From: Vicinamibacteria bacterium
Lineage (GTDB): Bacteria > Acidobacteriota > Vicinamibacteria > Marinacidobacterales > Marinacidobacteraceae
DNA length: 64,000 nucleotides
Direction of reading: 5' to 3'
NCBI GenBank assembly: GCA_963555995.3
Contig: OY821641.1
Coordinates: 128,001 to 192,000 of the forward strand
Shown here: positions 28,971-37,701 of the stretch, in pieces
How positions within the stretch are numbered: the stretch's first letter is position 1
How the letters are laid out: each line of letters begins with the position of its first letter
Position numbers and translations under genes: made by a program
Notes under the pieces: generated by a model
Told to the model about the DNA's origin: nothing
Seen by the model: only the letters and a program-made list of their open reading frames with translations
Database searches by the model: none

Positions 28971-30995
28971 TTGAACTCCCTGCTCTGGCTCATTCCGGTC
29001 CTTCCCGGGGTGGGCGCCGCGATCAACGGTCTCTTCGGGAAACGCCTCGGCAAGCGGCTCAGCGGCCTGCTCGCCTGCGGGTCGGTCGCCGCCTCCTTCC
29101 TGATCGCGCTGGGGTTCTTCTTCACGGTCTTCCTCGCCGAGGGCGGCGCGTCGGCCCGCGTGGAGCAGTCCCTCTTCTCCTGGATCCCGAGCATGGGGGT
29201 GGACTGGGCCTACCGCCTCGACTCGCTCTCGATGCTGATGACCCTGGTGGTTACCGGGATCGGGCTGCTGATCCACATCTACTCGCTCGGCTACATGAGC
29301 CACGACGCGGGCTTCAGCCGGTTCTTCTCCTACCTGAACCTGTTCACCTTCTTCATGCTGAACCTGGTGCTGGGCGCGAACATGCTGCTCCTGTTCATCG
29401 GCTGGGAGGGGGTGGGGCTCTGTTCCTACCTGCTGATCGGGTTCTGGTTCGAGCGGCCGGCGGCGGCGGCCGCGGGGAAGAAGGCGTTCATCGTGAACCG
29501 GATCGGGGACGCCGGCTTCATCATGGCGGTGTTCCTGACCTTCGTCACCTTCGGGACGCTCGACTTCTACGGGGTGATGGGGCAGATCTCCGCTTCGGAG
29601 ATGCACGGCGGGGTGCTGACCGCGATCGGGGTGCTGCTCTTCGTCGGCGCCGCCGGCAAGTCCGCGCAGATTCCCCTCTACGTCTGGCTGCCGGACGCGA
29701 TGGAGGGGCCGACCCCGGTCTCGGCGCTGATCCACGCGGCGACCATGGTCACCGCAGGTGTCTACATGGTGGCTCGCAGCGGCGTCCTCTTCTCGCACGC
29801 TCCGGCGGCGATGGCGCTGGTCGCCACGATCGGAGCCCTGACCGCGATCTTCGCGGCCTCCATCGCGCTCTTCCAGAACGACATCAAGAAGGTCCTCGCC
29901 TACTCCACTGTCTCCCAGCTCGGCTACATGTTCCTGGGCGCCGGGGTCGGGGCCTTCGCGGCGGCGATCTTCCACCTGATGACCCACGCCTTCTTCAAGG
30001 CGTGCCTCTTCCTCGGCTCGGGCAGCGTCATCCACACCATGGAGCACGCCGAGCACGCTTCCGGCGGGCATCGCCACTACACCGAGATGCAGGACATGCG
30101 GAACATGGGCGGCCTCCTGCGCCACATGCCCCGGACCGCGTGGACCTTCATGATCGCCACCGTGGCCATCGCGGGCATCCCGCCGCTCGCCGGGTTCTTC
30201 AGCAAGGACGAGATCCTCTGGAAGACCTTCGAGGGCGGCCACTTCGCCCTTTGGGCGCTCGCGGCGGCGGCCGCCGCGATGACCGCGTTCTACATGAGCC
30301 GGCAGGTCATCATGACCTTCTGGGGCGACTTCCGGGGCGGCGCGGCGATGGAGAAGCACCTCCACGAGTCGGCGCCCTCGATGACCGTCCCGCTGATCAT
30401 CCTCGCGGCGGGCTCGGTGGTCGCCGGCTTCGTGGGCGTCCCCGCGGCGCTCGGCGGAGCAAACCGGATCGAGCACTTCCTCGAGCCGGCCATCTATGCC
30501 GGCGGTCACGGCCCGGCCCCGATCCCCCACGCCTCCTACGCGGTGGAGTACGCCCTGATGGGACTCTCGGTGGCGCTGGCCGCCGCGGGGATCTTCTACG
30601 CCTACCGCCGCTACTGGACCGGACCGACGCGCGACTCGGCGCTCGCCGGGAGCCGCGCCTACCGGACGCTGCTCAACAAGTACTACGTGGACGAGATCTA
30701 CGACGCGACCGCCGTCTCCGGCACGGTGCGCGGCGGCGAGGGCCTCTACCGCTTCGACCAGAAGGTGGTGGACGGAGCCGTGAACGGCTCCGCGTCGCTC
30801 ACCCGGCTCTCCGGGGACCTTTCCGACCTGAGCGACCAGAACCTCGTGGACCGGGCGGTCAACCTGGTCGCCGAGATCCTGGCCGCCGCTTCCACGCGGT
30901 TCCGGCGGCTCCAGACCGGGCTGTTCCAGAACTACGCCCTGCTCATGCTGTTCGCCGTGGTCCTGCTCGCCGGGGCCCTCACCCTCTGGAGTTAG
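28971..30995 (+). CDS. nuoL: NADH-quinone oxidoreductase subunit L
   Basis: 'WEGVGLCSYLLIGFW', 'WLPDAMEGPTPVSALIHAATMV', 'HAFFKA'. Confidence 0.95.
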   Translation: MNSLLWLIPVLPGVGAAINGLFGKRLGKRLSGLLACGSVAASFLIALGFFFTVFLAEGGASARVEQSLFSWIPSMGVDWAYRLDSLSMLMTLVVTGIGLLIHIYSLGYMSHDAGFSRFFSYLNLFTFFMLNLVLGANMLLLFIGWEGVGLCSYLLIGFWFERPAAAAAGKKAFIVNRIGDAGFIMAVFLTFVTFGTLDFYGVMGQISASEMHGGVLTAIGVLLFVGAAGKSAQIPLYVWLPDAMEGPTPVSALIHAATMVTAGVYMVARSGVLFSHAPAAMALVATIGALTAIFAASIALFQNDIKKVLAYSTVSQLGYMFLGAGVGAFAAAIFHLMTHAFFKACLFLGSGSVIHTMEHAEHASGGHRHYTEMQDMRNMGGLLRHMPRTAWTFMIATVAIAGIPPLAGFFSKDEILWKTFEGGHFALWALAAAAAAMTAFYMSRQVIMTFWGDFRGGAAMEKHLHESAPSMTVPLIILAAGSVVAGFVGVPAALGGANRIEHFLEPAIYAGGHGPAPIPHASYAVEYALMGLSVALAAAGIFYAYRRYWTGPTRDSALAGSRAYRTLLNKYYVDEIYDATAVSGTVRGGEGLYRFDQKVVDGAVNGSASLTRLSGDLSDLSDQNLVDRAVNLVAEILAAASTRFRRLQTGLFQNYALLMLFAVVLLAGALTLWS

Positions 30996-31030
30996 CAGCC
31001 CGACCGCGCGGTTAGCTCCACACAAGCCGA

Positions 31031-32620
31031 ATGTTCGAGAACAACCCCTTCAACTTCCCGATCCTGTCGCTGGTGGTCTTCTTCCCGGCGATCGCGGCGC
31101 TCTTCATCCTGTTCTTCGTCAAGAAGACCGACGAGGACCGGGTCCGCTGGCTCGCGAACGGCGCGGCGCTGATCGGGTTCCTGATCTCGCTGCCGCTGTG
31201 GTTCGCCTTCGACGCCGCCGGGCCGCAGTTCCAGTTCGGCGAGCGCTACGAGTGGATCCCGAGCATCGGCGTCGAATACAACCTCGGCCTCGACGGCATC
31301 AGCCTGCTGCTGGTCCTGATGACCACGCTGCTCGGCTTCATCGCCATCCTGTCGTCCTGGAAGGCGGTCACCGAGCGGGTCAAGCAGTACTACGTCTTCC
31401 TGCTGCTGCTCCAGACCGGAATGCTCGGCGTCTTCGTGGCGCTCGACTTCTTCCTGTTCTACGTGTTCTGGGAAGTGATGCTGGTCCCGATGTACTTCCT
31501 GATCGGGGTCTGGGGTGGCCCGAGGAAGCTCTACGCGGCCATCAAGTTCTTCCTCTACACGCTGGTGGGCAGCGTCCTGATGCTGCTCGGCATCCTGGCG
31601 CTCTACTTCGCCCACCACGGGGCGACCGGCGAATACACCTTCGACCTGCTCCGCCTCATGGAGACCTCCTACGCGTCGGGTCTCCAGTTCTGGGTGTTCC
31701 TCGCCTTCTTCATCGGGTTCGCGATCAAGGTCCCGATGTTCCCGTTCCACACCTGGCTGCCGGACGCCCACGTCGAGGCGCCCACCGCCGGTTCGGTCAT
31801 TCTGGCCGGGGTGCTGCTGAAGATGGGGACCTACGGCTTCGTGCGGTTTTCGATCCCGCTCCTGCCGGAGGCGAGCCGCGAGGCGGTGTGGTGGGTCGCC
31901 ACCCTCGCGATCATCGGGATCATCTACGGGGCGCTCGTCGCGCTGGTCCAGAAGGACTGGAAGAGCCTCGTGGCCTACAGCTCGGTGAGCCACCTCGGTT
32001 TCGTGATGCTCGGCGTGTTCGCGCTGAACACCCTGGGGCTCGAGGGCGGCATCCTCCAGATGATCAACCACGGGCTCTCCACCGGGGGACTCTTCCTGCT
32101 CGTCGGCATCATGTACGAGCAGCGCCACACCCGCGAGATCGCCGCCTACGGCGGGATCGCCAAGGTGGTGCCGAAGTACGCGGCGCTCTTCCTGATCATC
32201 GCGCTCGCCTCGATGGGCCTGCCCATGCTGAACGGGTTCATCGGCGAGTTCCTGATCCTGCAGGGCGTCTTCCAGGTGGACTGGGTCTACGCCGCGTTCG
32301 CCGTCTCGGGCATCGTGCTCGGCGCCGCGTACCTGCTGTGGCTCTACCAGCGGGTCATGTTCGGCAAGCTGGACAAGGAAGAGAACAAGTCGCTGGCCGA
32401 CCTGACCAGCCGCGAGAACGCCACCCTGGTCCCGATCGTCGCGCTCTGCATCTTCATCGGCGTCTATCCCAAGCCGTTCCTCGAGAAGCTCGCCGTTCCG
32501 GTGGCCGCCATCGTCGAGCGCGTCTCGCCCGAGAGCGCGCAGACCGCCGAGGCGCCGCCGCTGCCGGCCGAGGTGGAGGAAGAGCTCCGAAGCAGCGCCG
32601 CCGTTCCGAGCGACGACTGA
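31031..32620 (+). CDS. nuoM: NADH-quinone oxidoreductase subunit M
   Basis: 'FWEVMLVPMY', 'HTWLPDAHVEAPT', 'AYSSVSH'. Confidence 0.95.
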   Translation: MFENNPFNFPILSLVVFFPAIAALFILFFVKKTDEDRVRWLANGAALIGFLISLPLWFAFDAAGPQFQFGERYEWIPSIGVEYNLGLDGISLLLVLMTTLLGFIAILSSWKAVTERVKQYYVFLLLLQTGMLGVFVALDFFLFYVFWEVMLVPMYFLIGVWGGPRKLYAAIKFFLYTLVGSVLMLLGILALYFAHHGATGEYTFDLLRLMETSYASGLQFWVFLAFFIGFAIKVPMFPFHTWLPDAHVEAPTAGSVILAGVLLKMGTYGFVRFSIPLLPEASREAVWWVATLAIIGIIYGALVALVQKDWKSLVAYSSVSHLGFVMLGVFALNTLGLEGGILQMINHGLSTGGLFLLVGIMYEQRHTREIAAYGGIAKVVPKYAALFLIIALASMGLPMLNGFIGEFLILQGVFQVDWVYAAFAVSGIVLGAAYLLWLYQRVMFGKLDKEENKSLADLTSRENATLVPIVALCIFIGVYPKPFLEKLAVPVAAIVERVSPESAQTAEAPPLPAEVEEELRSSAAVPSDD

Positions 32621-32653
32621 GCCTGCGGCGGTTCCCCTTGCCTCGGCGGGAGA

Positions 32654-32920
32654 ATGCCGCCGATGAGCCCGGACCCGCCGGTGGCGCCGCGCGCCCGGCT
32701 GCTGACCCTGCTCAGCCTCGGCTTCTCGGTGCCCATGGCGATCGTGATCGGCGGCGGGGCCGGGTGGCTGCTCGACGGCTGGCTCGGAACGGCGCCCTGG
32801 CTCTTCCTGGTGTTCCTGGCCTTCGGGATCGTCGCCGGGCTCCGCAACGTGGTGCGGGCCGCGTCGGCGGTGGCGGAGAGCGACGCGCCGCCTGAGGATT
32901 CGGGCGGAGAGGCCCCATGA
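32654..32920 (+). CDS. AtpZ/AtpI family protein
   Basis: Two TMs with 'GWLLDGWLGTAPW'; atp gene context. Confidence 0.8.
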   Translation: MPPMSPDPPVAPRARLLTLLSLGFSVPMAIVIGGGAGWLLDGWLGTAPWLFLVFLAFGIVAGLRNVVRAASAVAESDAPPEDSGGEAP

Positions 32921-33366
32921 CGCATTCGGGGAGGCCGGCGGAAGCAAGCCGGGAAGAGCGGCTCACCCGGCGGGCGCTCGCCCTCGGAGCGGCCGCCGCG
33001 CTGATCGCACTCGCCTTCGGCCCCCGGATCGGGCTCTCGGTGCTGGGTGGCGCCACGATCTCCATCCTCAACATCGTCGCGCTGCGCCGGGTCGCCGCTA
33101 GTCTGACCGCCGACCATTCGGCGCGTTCGGCGATCCTGCTGGCCGCGCTCACCGGGGTTCGCTATCTCTTGCTCGGGGGCGCGCTGGTTGCGATAATTGC
33201 CCTCTGGAACGCCGACGTGATCGGCGTCGTGTGCGGGTTGGGCGCGCCGAACCTGGCCGTCCTGCTGGAACTGCGAAACGGGGGCTTCCGGGCCCTTCGT
33301 ACACCGCAGGCCTCTCCTCCCCCGGATGAACCGGAGGACAGGGAGAACCCCCCGCCGGGCGCCTGA
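32917..33366 (+). CDS. atpI: ATP synthase subunit I
   Basis: Four hydrophobic segments immediately before atpB. Confidence 0.7.
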   Translation: MTHSGRPAEASREERLTRRALALGAAAALIALAFGPRIGLSVLGGATISILNIVALRRVAASLTADHSARSAILLAALTGVRYLLLGGALVAIIALWNADVIGVVCGLGAPNLAVLLELRNGGFRALRTPQASPPPDEPEDRENPPPGA

Positions 33367-33389
33367 CCGCACGTCCTCCCGGCCCGACC

Positions 33390-34079
33390 ATGGAAATCCA
33401 CCACTACTCAGCCTTCACCCACTGGATCGAGGAGTGGTTCCATTTCCATCCGCCGGATCACGTCGTGATGGCGGTCTTCGTGGCGCTCTTGCTGTCCGGG
33501 TTCGCGATCCTCTTCCGCCGGCGGATCTCGGTGGAGAACCCCGGTCGGTTCCAACTGATCCTCGAAGCGCTGGTGGGCGGACTGCTCTCGCTGCTGAGGG
33601 AAAACGTGGGTCCGAAGGGCCGGCGATTCCTGGGCCTCGTGGGCACGCTCGCCCTCTTCATCTGGATCAGCAACCTGTGCGGGCTGGTGCCCTACCTCTC
33701 GTCCCCCACGGTGAGCATCAACATGCCCGTGGGGTGCGCGATCGTGGCGTTCCTCTACTACAACTACCAGGGGATCCGCGCCCACGGGGCGAAGAAGTAC
33801 TTCGCCCATTTCCTCGGGCCGAGCCCCTGGCTGGCCATCGTGATGCTGCCGGTCGAGATCATCAGCCATCTCAGCCGCATCCTTTCGCTTTCGGTCCGGC
33901 TCTTCGGAAACATCTTCGGCGAAGAGCTGGTCGTGGTGGTGCTGGCGTTCCTGATCCCGTTCGTGGTGCCGCTCCCGATGATGGCCTTCGGCGTCTTCGG
34001 CAGCACCCTCCAGGCGTTCGTCTTCACCATGCTCACTGTCATCTATCTCGGCGGCGCGGTCGCGGCCGAGGAACATTGA
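33390..34079 (+). CDS. atpB: F0F1 ATP synthase subunit a
   Basis: 'LSLSVRLFGNI' with the essential Arg; 'LQAFVFTML'. Confidence 0.95.
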   Translation: MEIHHYSAFTHWIEEWFHFHPPDHVVMAVFVALLLSGFAILFRRRISVENPGRFQLILEALVGGLLSLLRENVGPKGRRFLGLVGTLALFIWISNLCGLVPYLSSPTVSINMPVGCAIVAFLYYNYQGIRAHGAKKYFAHFLGPSPWLAIVMLPVEIISHLSRILSLSVRLFGNIFGEELVVVVLAFLIPFVVPLPMMAFGVFGSTLQAFVFTMLTVIYLGGAVAAEEH

Positions 34080-34114
34080 TCCGGCCGCGTAATCAGTTCA
34101 AGGAGAAAACCATC

Positions 34115-34438
34115 GTGTCCAACAAGTTTCGGACGACCCTGCTGGCCGTCTTCGGCGTGCTCGCCGCTGCCCCGGCCTTCGCCCAGGGAACCTGGGATCC
34201 GGTAGTCACCCAGTGGGCGCTGATTGCAGCGGGGGGCGCGATCGCCATCGCCGCCGCCTTCGGCGCCACGGCGCAGGGACGCGCGGTGGTCGGCGCCTGC
34301 GAGAGCCTTGCCAGGAACCCGGGCGCCGCTCCGCAGATCCGCTTCTCGCTGCTCCTCGGGCTGGTGCTGATCGAGTCGCTCGTCATCTACGCCTTCGTCA
34401 CCGCGCTGATCATCTTCTTCGTCCTCTGGAACGGGTAA
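34115..34438 (+). CDS. atpE: F0F1 ATP synthase subunit c with signal-peptide-like N-terminal extension
   Basis: AAGGAG RBS, GTG start, 'ARNP' loop, 'IESLVIY'. Confidence 0.92.
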   Translation: MSNKFRTTLLAVFGVLAAAPAFAQGTWDPVVTQWALIAAGGAIAIAAAFGATAQGRAVVGACESLARNPGAAPQIRFSLLLGLVLIESLVIYAFVTALIIFFVLWNG

Positions 34439-34463
34439 GGGAGCGCCGGTCTTCAGACCGGCA
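34439..34463. repeat. REP-like palindrome directly after the atpE stop
   Basis: GGGAGCGCCGGTCTTCAGACCGGCA. Confidence 0.85.
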
Positions 34464-34538
34464 CGCGCGGCGCTCTGCGCCGCGCACGTCGCGACCCCAC
34501 CCACCCTGACGGCGCTCCCCCGCTGGTAGGGTGAACCC

Positions 34539-35585
34539 ATGGTCCGCCCCTTCCGCTGGGACCCCGAGCGCAAGGTCCTCCACCTGCTGGATCAGCGCCG
34601 CCTCCCGTCCGAGGAGGTCTGGATCGAGTGCTTCGAGGCGCACGAGGTCGCGGACGCCATCCGTGACATGGCGGTCCGAGGGGCGCCGGCCATCGGCATC
34701 ACAGCCGCCTACGCGGTGGTGATCGGGTTCGCCCGTGGCGGCGGGGACTCGCCGGTCTCCCGGTTCGAGGACTTGGCGGCCGCACTGCTGAATACCCGGC
34801 CCACCGCCGTCAATCTGCGCGCCGCCATCGCGCGGATGCGTGCCCGGTTGGAATCGCTTCATGCCCCTTCGGCCCTGGAGCGGGTTCGCGGTCTTGAGGA
34901 TGAGGCGGACTGCATCGCCGCCGAGGACCTGCAGGCCAACCGCCGCCTCAGCCTGCTCGGGGCGAGCCTCCTGCCGGATGAAGGGCCGGCGCGCGTCCTG
35001 ACCCACTGCAACGCCGGGAGCCTTGCCACCTCCGGGTACGGGACCGCCCTCGGCATCGTCCGGGCGCTGGCCGAGTCCGGCCGTGAGGTCGAGGTGTTCG
35101 CTCCCGAGACCCGCCCCTATCTCCAGGGCGCCCGGCTCACCGCGTGGGAGCTGATGGCGGACGGAATCCCGGTCACCCTCGTCACCGACGGGATGGTCGG
35201 GTCCCTGCTCGCGGGTGGGGACATGGATGTGGTGGTCGTGGGCGCCGACCGGATCGCGGCGAACGGGGATTCGGCCAACAAGATCGGCACCTACCAGGCC
35301 GCGGTCCTCGCGAAGGAGCACGGCGTGCCGTTCCTGGTGGCCGCGCCCTTTTCGAGCGTGGACCTCGGGACGCCAACCGGTGCGGAGATCCCCATCGAGG
35401 AACGCCGCCCCGAGGAAATCGTCGAGATCGCCGGGAGACGGATCGCCCCGGAGGGCGTTCCCGTCTGGAATCCGGCCTTCGACGTGACCCCGGCGCGGTA
35501 CATCACGGCCATCGTCACGGAGCGCGGCATCGCCCGCCCGCCGTTCACCGAGTCGCTGAAAAACCTTGCGGCTCTGCACACCTGA
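34539..35585 (+). CDS. mtnA: S-methyl-5-thioribose-1-phosphate isomerase
   Basis: 'VRGAPAI', 'RPTAVNL', 'THCNAGSLAT', 'ETRPYLQGARLT', 'NPAFDVTP'. Confidence 0.95.
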   Translation: MVRPFRWDPERKVLHLLDQRRLPSEEVWIECFEAHEVADAIRDMAVRGAPAIGITAAYAVVIGFARGGGDSPVSRFEDLAAALLNTRPTAVNLRAAIARMRARLESLHAPSALERVRGLEDEADCIAAEDLQANRRLSLLGASLLPDEGPARVLTHCNAGSLATSGYGTALGIVRALAESGREVEVFAPETRPYLQGARLTAWELMADGIPVTLVTDGMVGSLLAGGDMDVVVVGADRIAANGDSANKIGTYQAAVLAKEHGVPFLVAAPFSSVDLGTPTGAEIPIEERRPEEIVEIAGRRIAPEGVPVWNPAFDVTPARYITAIVTERGIARPPFTESLKNLAALHT

Positions 35586-35636
35586 TGAATGCAATTTGAT
35601 AGCATGACGGTTTCAGAACGCCGTGGAGGTGTTGTC

Positions 35637-35873
35637 ATGGGCAGCCTTACGATCCGAAATCTGGACGACCATGTGATCGAGGCGCTGAAGGCGGAGGCCA
35701 GGGCGAACGACCGTTCGATGGAGGCCGAGGCCCGGCGCGCGCTGACGGAGCGCTTTGACCGGATCCAGCGTATGGTGGAGTTCCGGGAATACACCGACGC
35801 GCTCCGCCGGCGCACCGAAGGGATTCCCCAGACGGACAGCGTCGAGCTGCTGCGCGAAGACCGTGACCGGTGA
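35637..35873 (+). CDS. FitA-like RHH antitoxin
   Basis: 'MGSLTIRNLDD...RSMEAEAR'; 'DSVELLREDR'; TGATAGCA (FitA-type half-site) at 35597-35604. Confidence 0.88.
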   Translation: MGSLTIRNLDDHVIEALKAEARANDRSMEAEARRALTERFDRIQRMVEFREYTDALRRRTEGIPQTDSVELLREDRDR

Positions 35874-36622
35874 GGTTCACGGTTGACGCCAGCGTCGTCG
35901 TCAAGTGGTTTGTCTCCGAGGAGCTGACCGAGAACGCAACGTTGTTGCGTTCCCATCGGCTGGAGTTGCACGCGCCCGACCTGGTGTTCGCCGAGTTTGC
36001 GAACGCTTGTTGGAAGAAGTTCCGCAGGGGGGAAATCACCGACATTCGCCAACGTCTGCGGGCCATAGAGCGCCTGCCCCAGCGCATCACCATGCACTCG
36101 CTCGGGAATCTTGCCTTTCGTGGAGCCGAGATCTCGCTGGCGCTCGATCACCCGGTGTACGACTGTCTCTACCTTGCCTGCGCCGAAGCGACCGCATCGC
36201 AGCTCGTCACGGCCGACCACAGGTTCGTGAACAAGGTGCGGGCGCGCGCTCCGGGGCTTCCGGTTCGTTACCTCGGCGACGAGGACTTCGCGGCCGACAT
36301 CGGCGCGGCGGCGGTGGCGCCGGTGATCGCCCGCGCGACGGTGGCGGAGCTTGCAGACGCGTACGATCTGCTGTCCGCCACGGGAGAGCAAGCCGCCTCG
36401 CTTGCGCGCAACCGCTTGGGAGCCCGGCTGGACGCGCTCTCCCCGGAAGAGCGCATTGACCTCCTCGCCTTGGCCCGGTTCGGCCAACCCGGTGAACCCG
36501 ACTGGACGTTCTGTCACGAAGCCGCCTGTTCCGAGGTGGCCGGCGCTGACGCGGCCTACCTGATCCACGGCGGCGCGTTCTGGAGGCGCGGCATGGAGCG
36601 CCTCTTCGACGCCATTCCCTGA
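35870..36622 (+). CDS. vapC: PIN/VapC toxin with ~110-aa C-terminal extension (DUF3775-like)
   Basis: 'VDASVVVKW', 'VYDCLYLACA', 'VTAD'; tail 'LDALSPEERIDLLALARFG'. Confidence 0.82.
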   Translation: MRFTVDASVVVKWFVSEELTENATLLRSHRLELHAPDLVFAEFANACWKKFRRGEITDIRQRLRAIERLPQRITMHSLGNLAFRGAEISLALDHPVYDCLYLACAEATASQLVTADHRFVNKVRARAPGLPVRYLGDEDFAADIGAAAVAPVIARATVAELADAYDLLSATGEQAASLARNRLGARLDALSPEERIDLLALARFGQPGEPDWTFCHEAACSEVAGADAAYLIHGGAFWRRGMERLFDAIP

Positions 36623-36628
36623 CCCCCG

Positions 36629-37693
36629 ATGCTCATCCTCGGGATCGAGACCTCCTGCGACGAGACCTCGGCTGCCGTGGTCGAGGACGGCCGGCGCATC
36701 CTCTCCAACGTGGTGTCGTCCCAGATCGCCGAGCACGCCCGCTTCGGCGGGGTGGTTCCCGAGATCGCCTCCCGCCAGCACCTGCTGAGCCTCTCGCCGG
36801 TGGTGCGGCAAGCGCTGAGCGAGGCCAAGGTCGGCCTCGACGACATCGAGGCGGTCGCGGTGACGAGCGGTCCCGGCCTGATCGGGGCGCTGCTCGCCGG
36901 GGTCTCCTTCGCCAAGGCGTTCGCCTTCGCCCGCGGGATTCCGCTGGTGGGCGTGGACCACATCGAGGGGCACATCCGCGCCTGCTACCTCGAAGGGGAC
37001 GAGGTGCCGCACCCCGCGCTCGCGCTCGTCGTCTCAGGGGGCCATACGAACCTGTTCCTGATGGAGATCGAAGGCTCCTACCGGCTGCTCGGCAAGACCC
37101 GCGACGACGCCGCCGGCGAGGCGTACGACAAGGTCGCGAAGCGGCTCGGGCTTGGCTATCCGGGAGGCCCGATCCTCGACCGCCTGGCGCAGCGAGGCGA
37201 TGCGAGCCGCCAGGTGTTCTCGCTCCCGCACTTTTCCGACGGGGCAAGGCTGGACTTCAGTTTCTCGGGCCTCAAGACCCAGGTCCTCCGGCTCATCGAG
37301 CACGAGGGCATCGAGCCGCTCGCCGACGGCGAGGACCCGTTCGACCGCGAGGACCTCCGGGATCTGGCGGCCAGCTTCCAGTCGGCGGTGGTCCGCGCCC
37401 TGCGCCGGTCGGTGGACCGGGCGCTGCGCATGTTCGAAGCGAAGGCCGTGCTGCTGACGGGCGGGGTCGCCGCCAACTCGGCCCTGCGGGCCAACTTCCA
37501 GGCGCTCGGCGAAGAGCGCGGCCTGCCCGTCTTCTATCCGAGCATCGCCCTCTCCACCGACAACGCCGCCATGATCGCCGCCGCCGGCCACCTGGCGCTC
37601 CTCCGCGGCGAGACGGCGGGTCCCGAGCTGACGGCAGACACCGAGCTGCGGCTGGGAGAGTCCGGGCCGCGCCGCTCCCGGCGTCACCGCTGA
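36629..37693 (+). CDS. tsaD: tRNA N6-adenosine threonylcarbamoyltransferase
   Basis: 'GIETSCDET', 'HIEGH', 'VSGGHT', 'FSFSGLKT', 'DNAAMIA'. Confidence 0.96.
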   Translation: MLILGIETSCDETSAAVVEDGRRILSNVVSSQIAEHARFGGVVPEIASRQHLLSLSPVVRQALSEAKVGLDDIEAVAVTSGPGLIGALLAGVSFAKAFAFARGIPLVGVDHIEGHIRACYLEGDEVPHPALALVVSGGHTNLFLMEIEGSYRLLGKTRDDAAGEAYDKVAKRLGLGYPGGPILDRLAQRGDASRQVFSLPHFSDGARLDFSFSGLKTQVLRLIEHEGIEPLADGEDPFDREDLRDLAASFQSAVVRALRRSVDRALRMFEAKAVLLTGGVAANSALRANFQALGEERGLPVFYPSIALSTDNAAMIAAAGHLALLRGETAGPELTADTELRLGESGPRRSRRHR

Positions 37694-37701
37694 CCTTCAA
37701 C

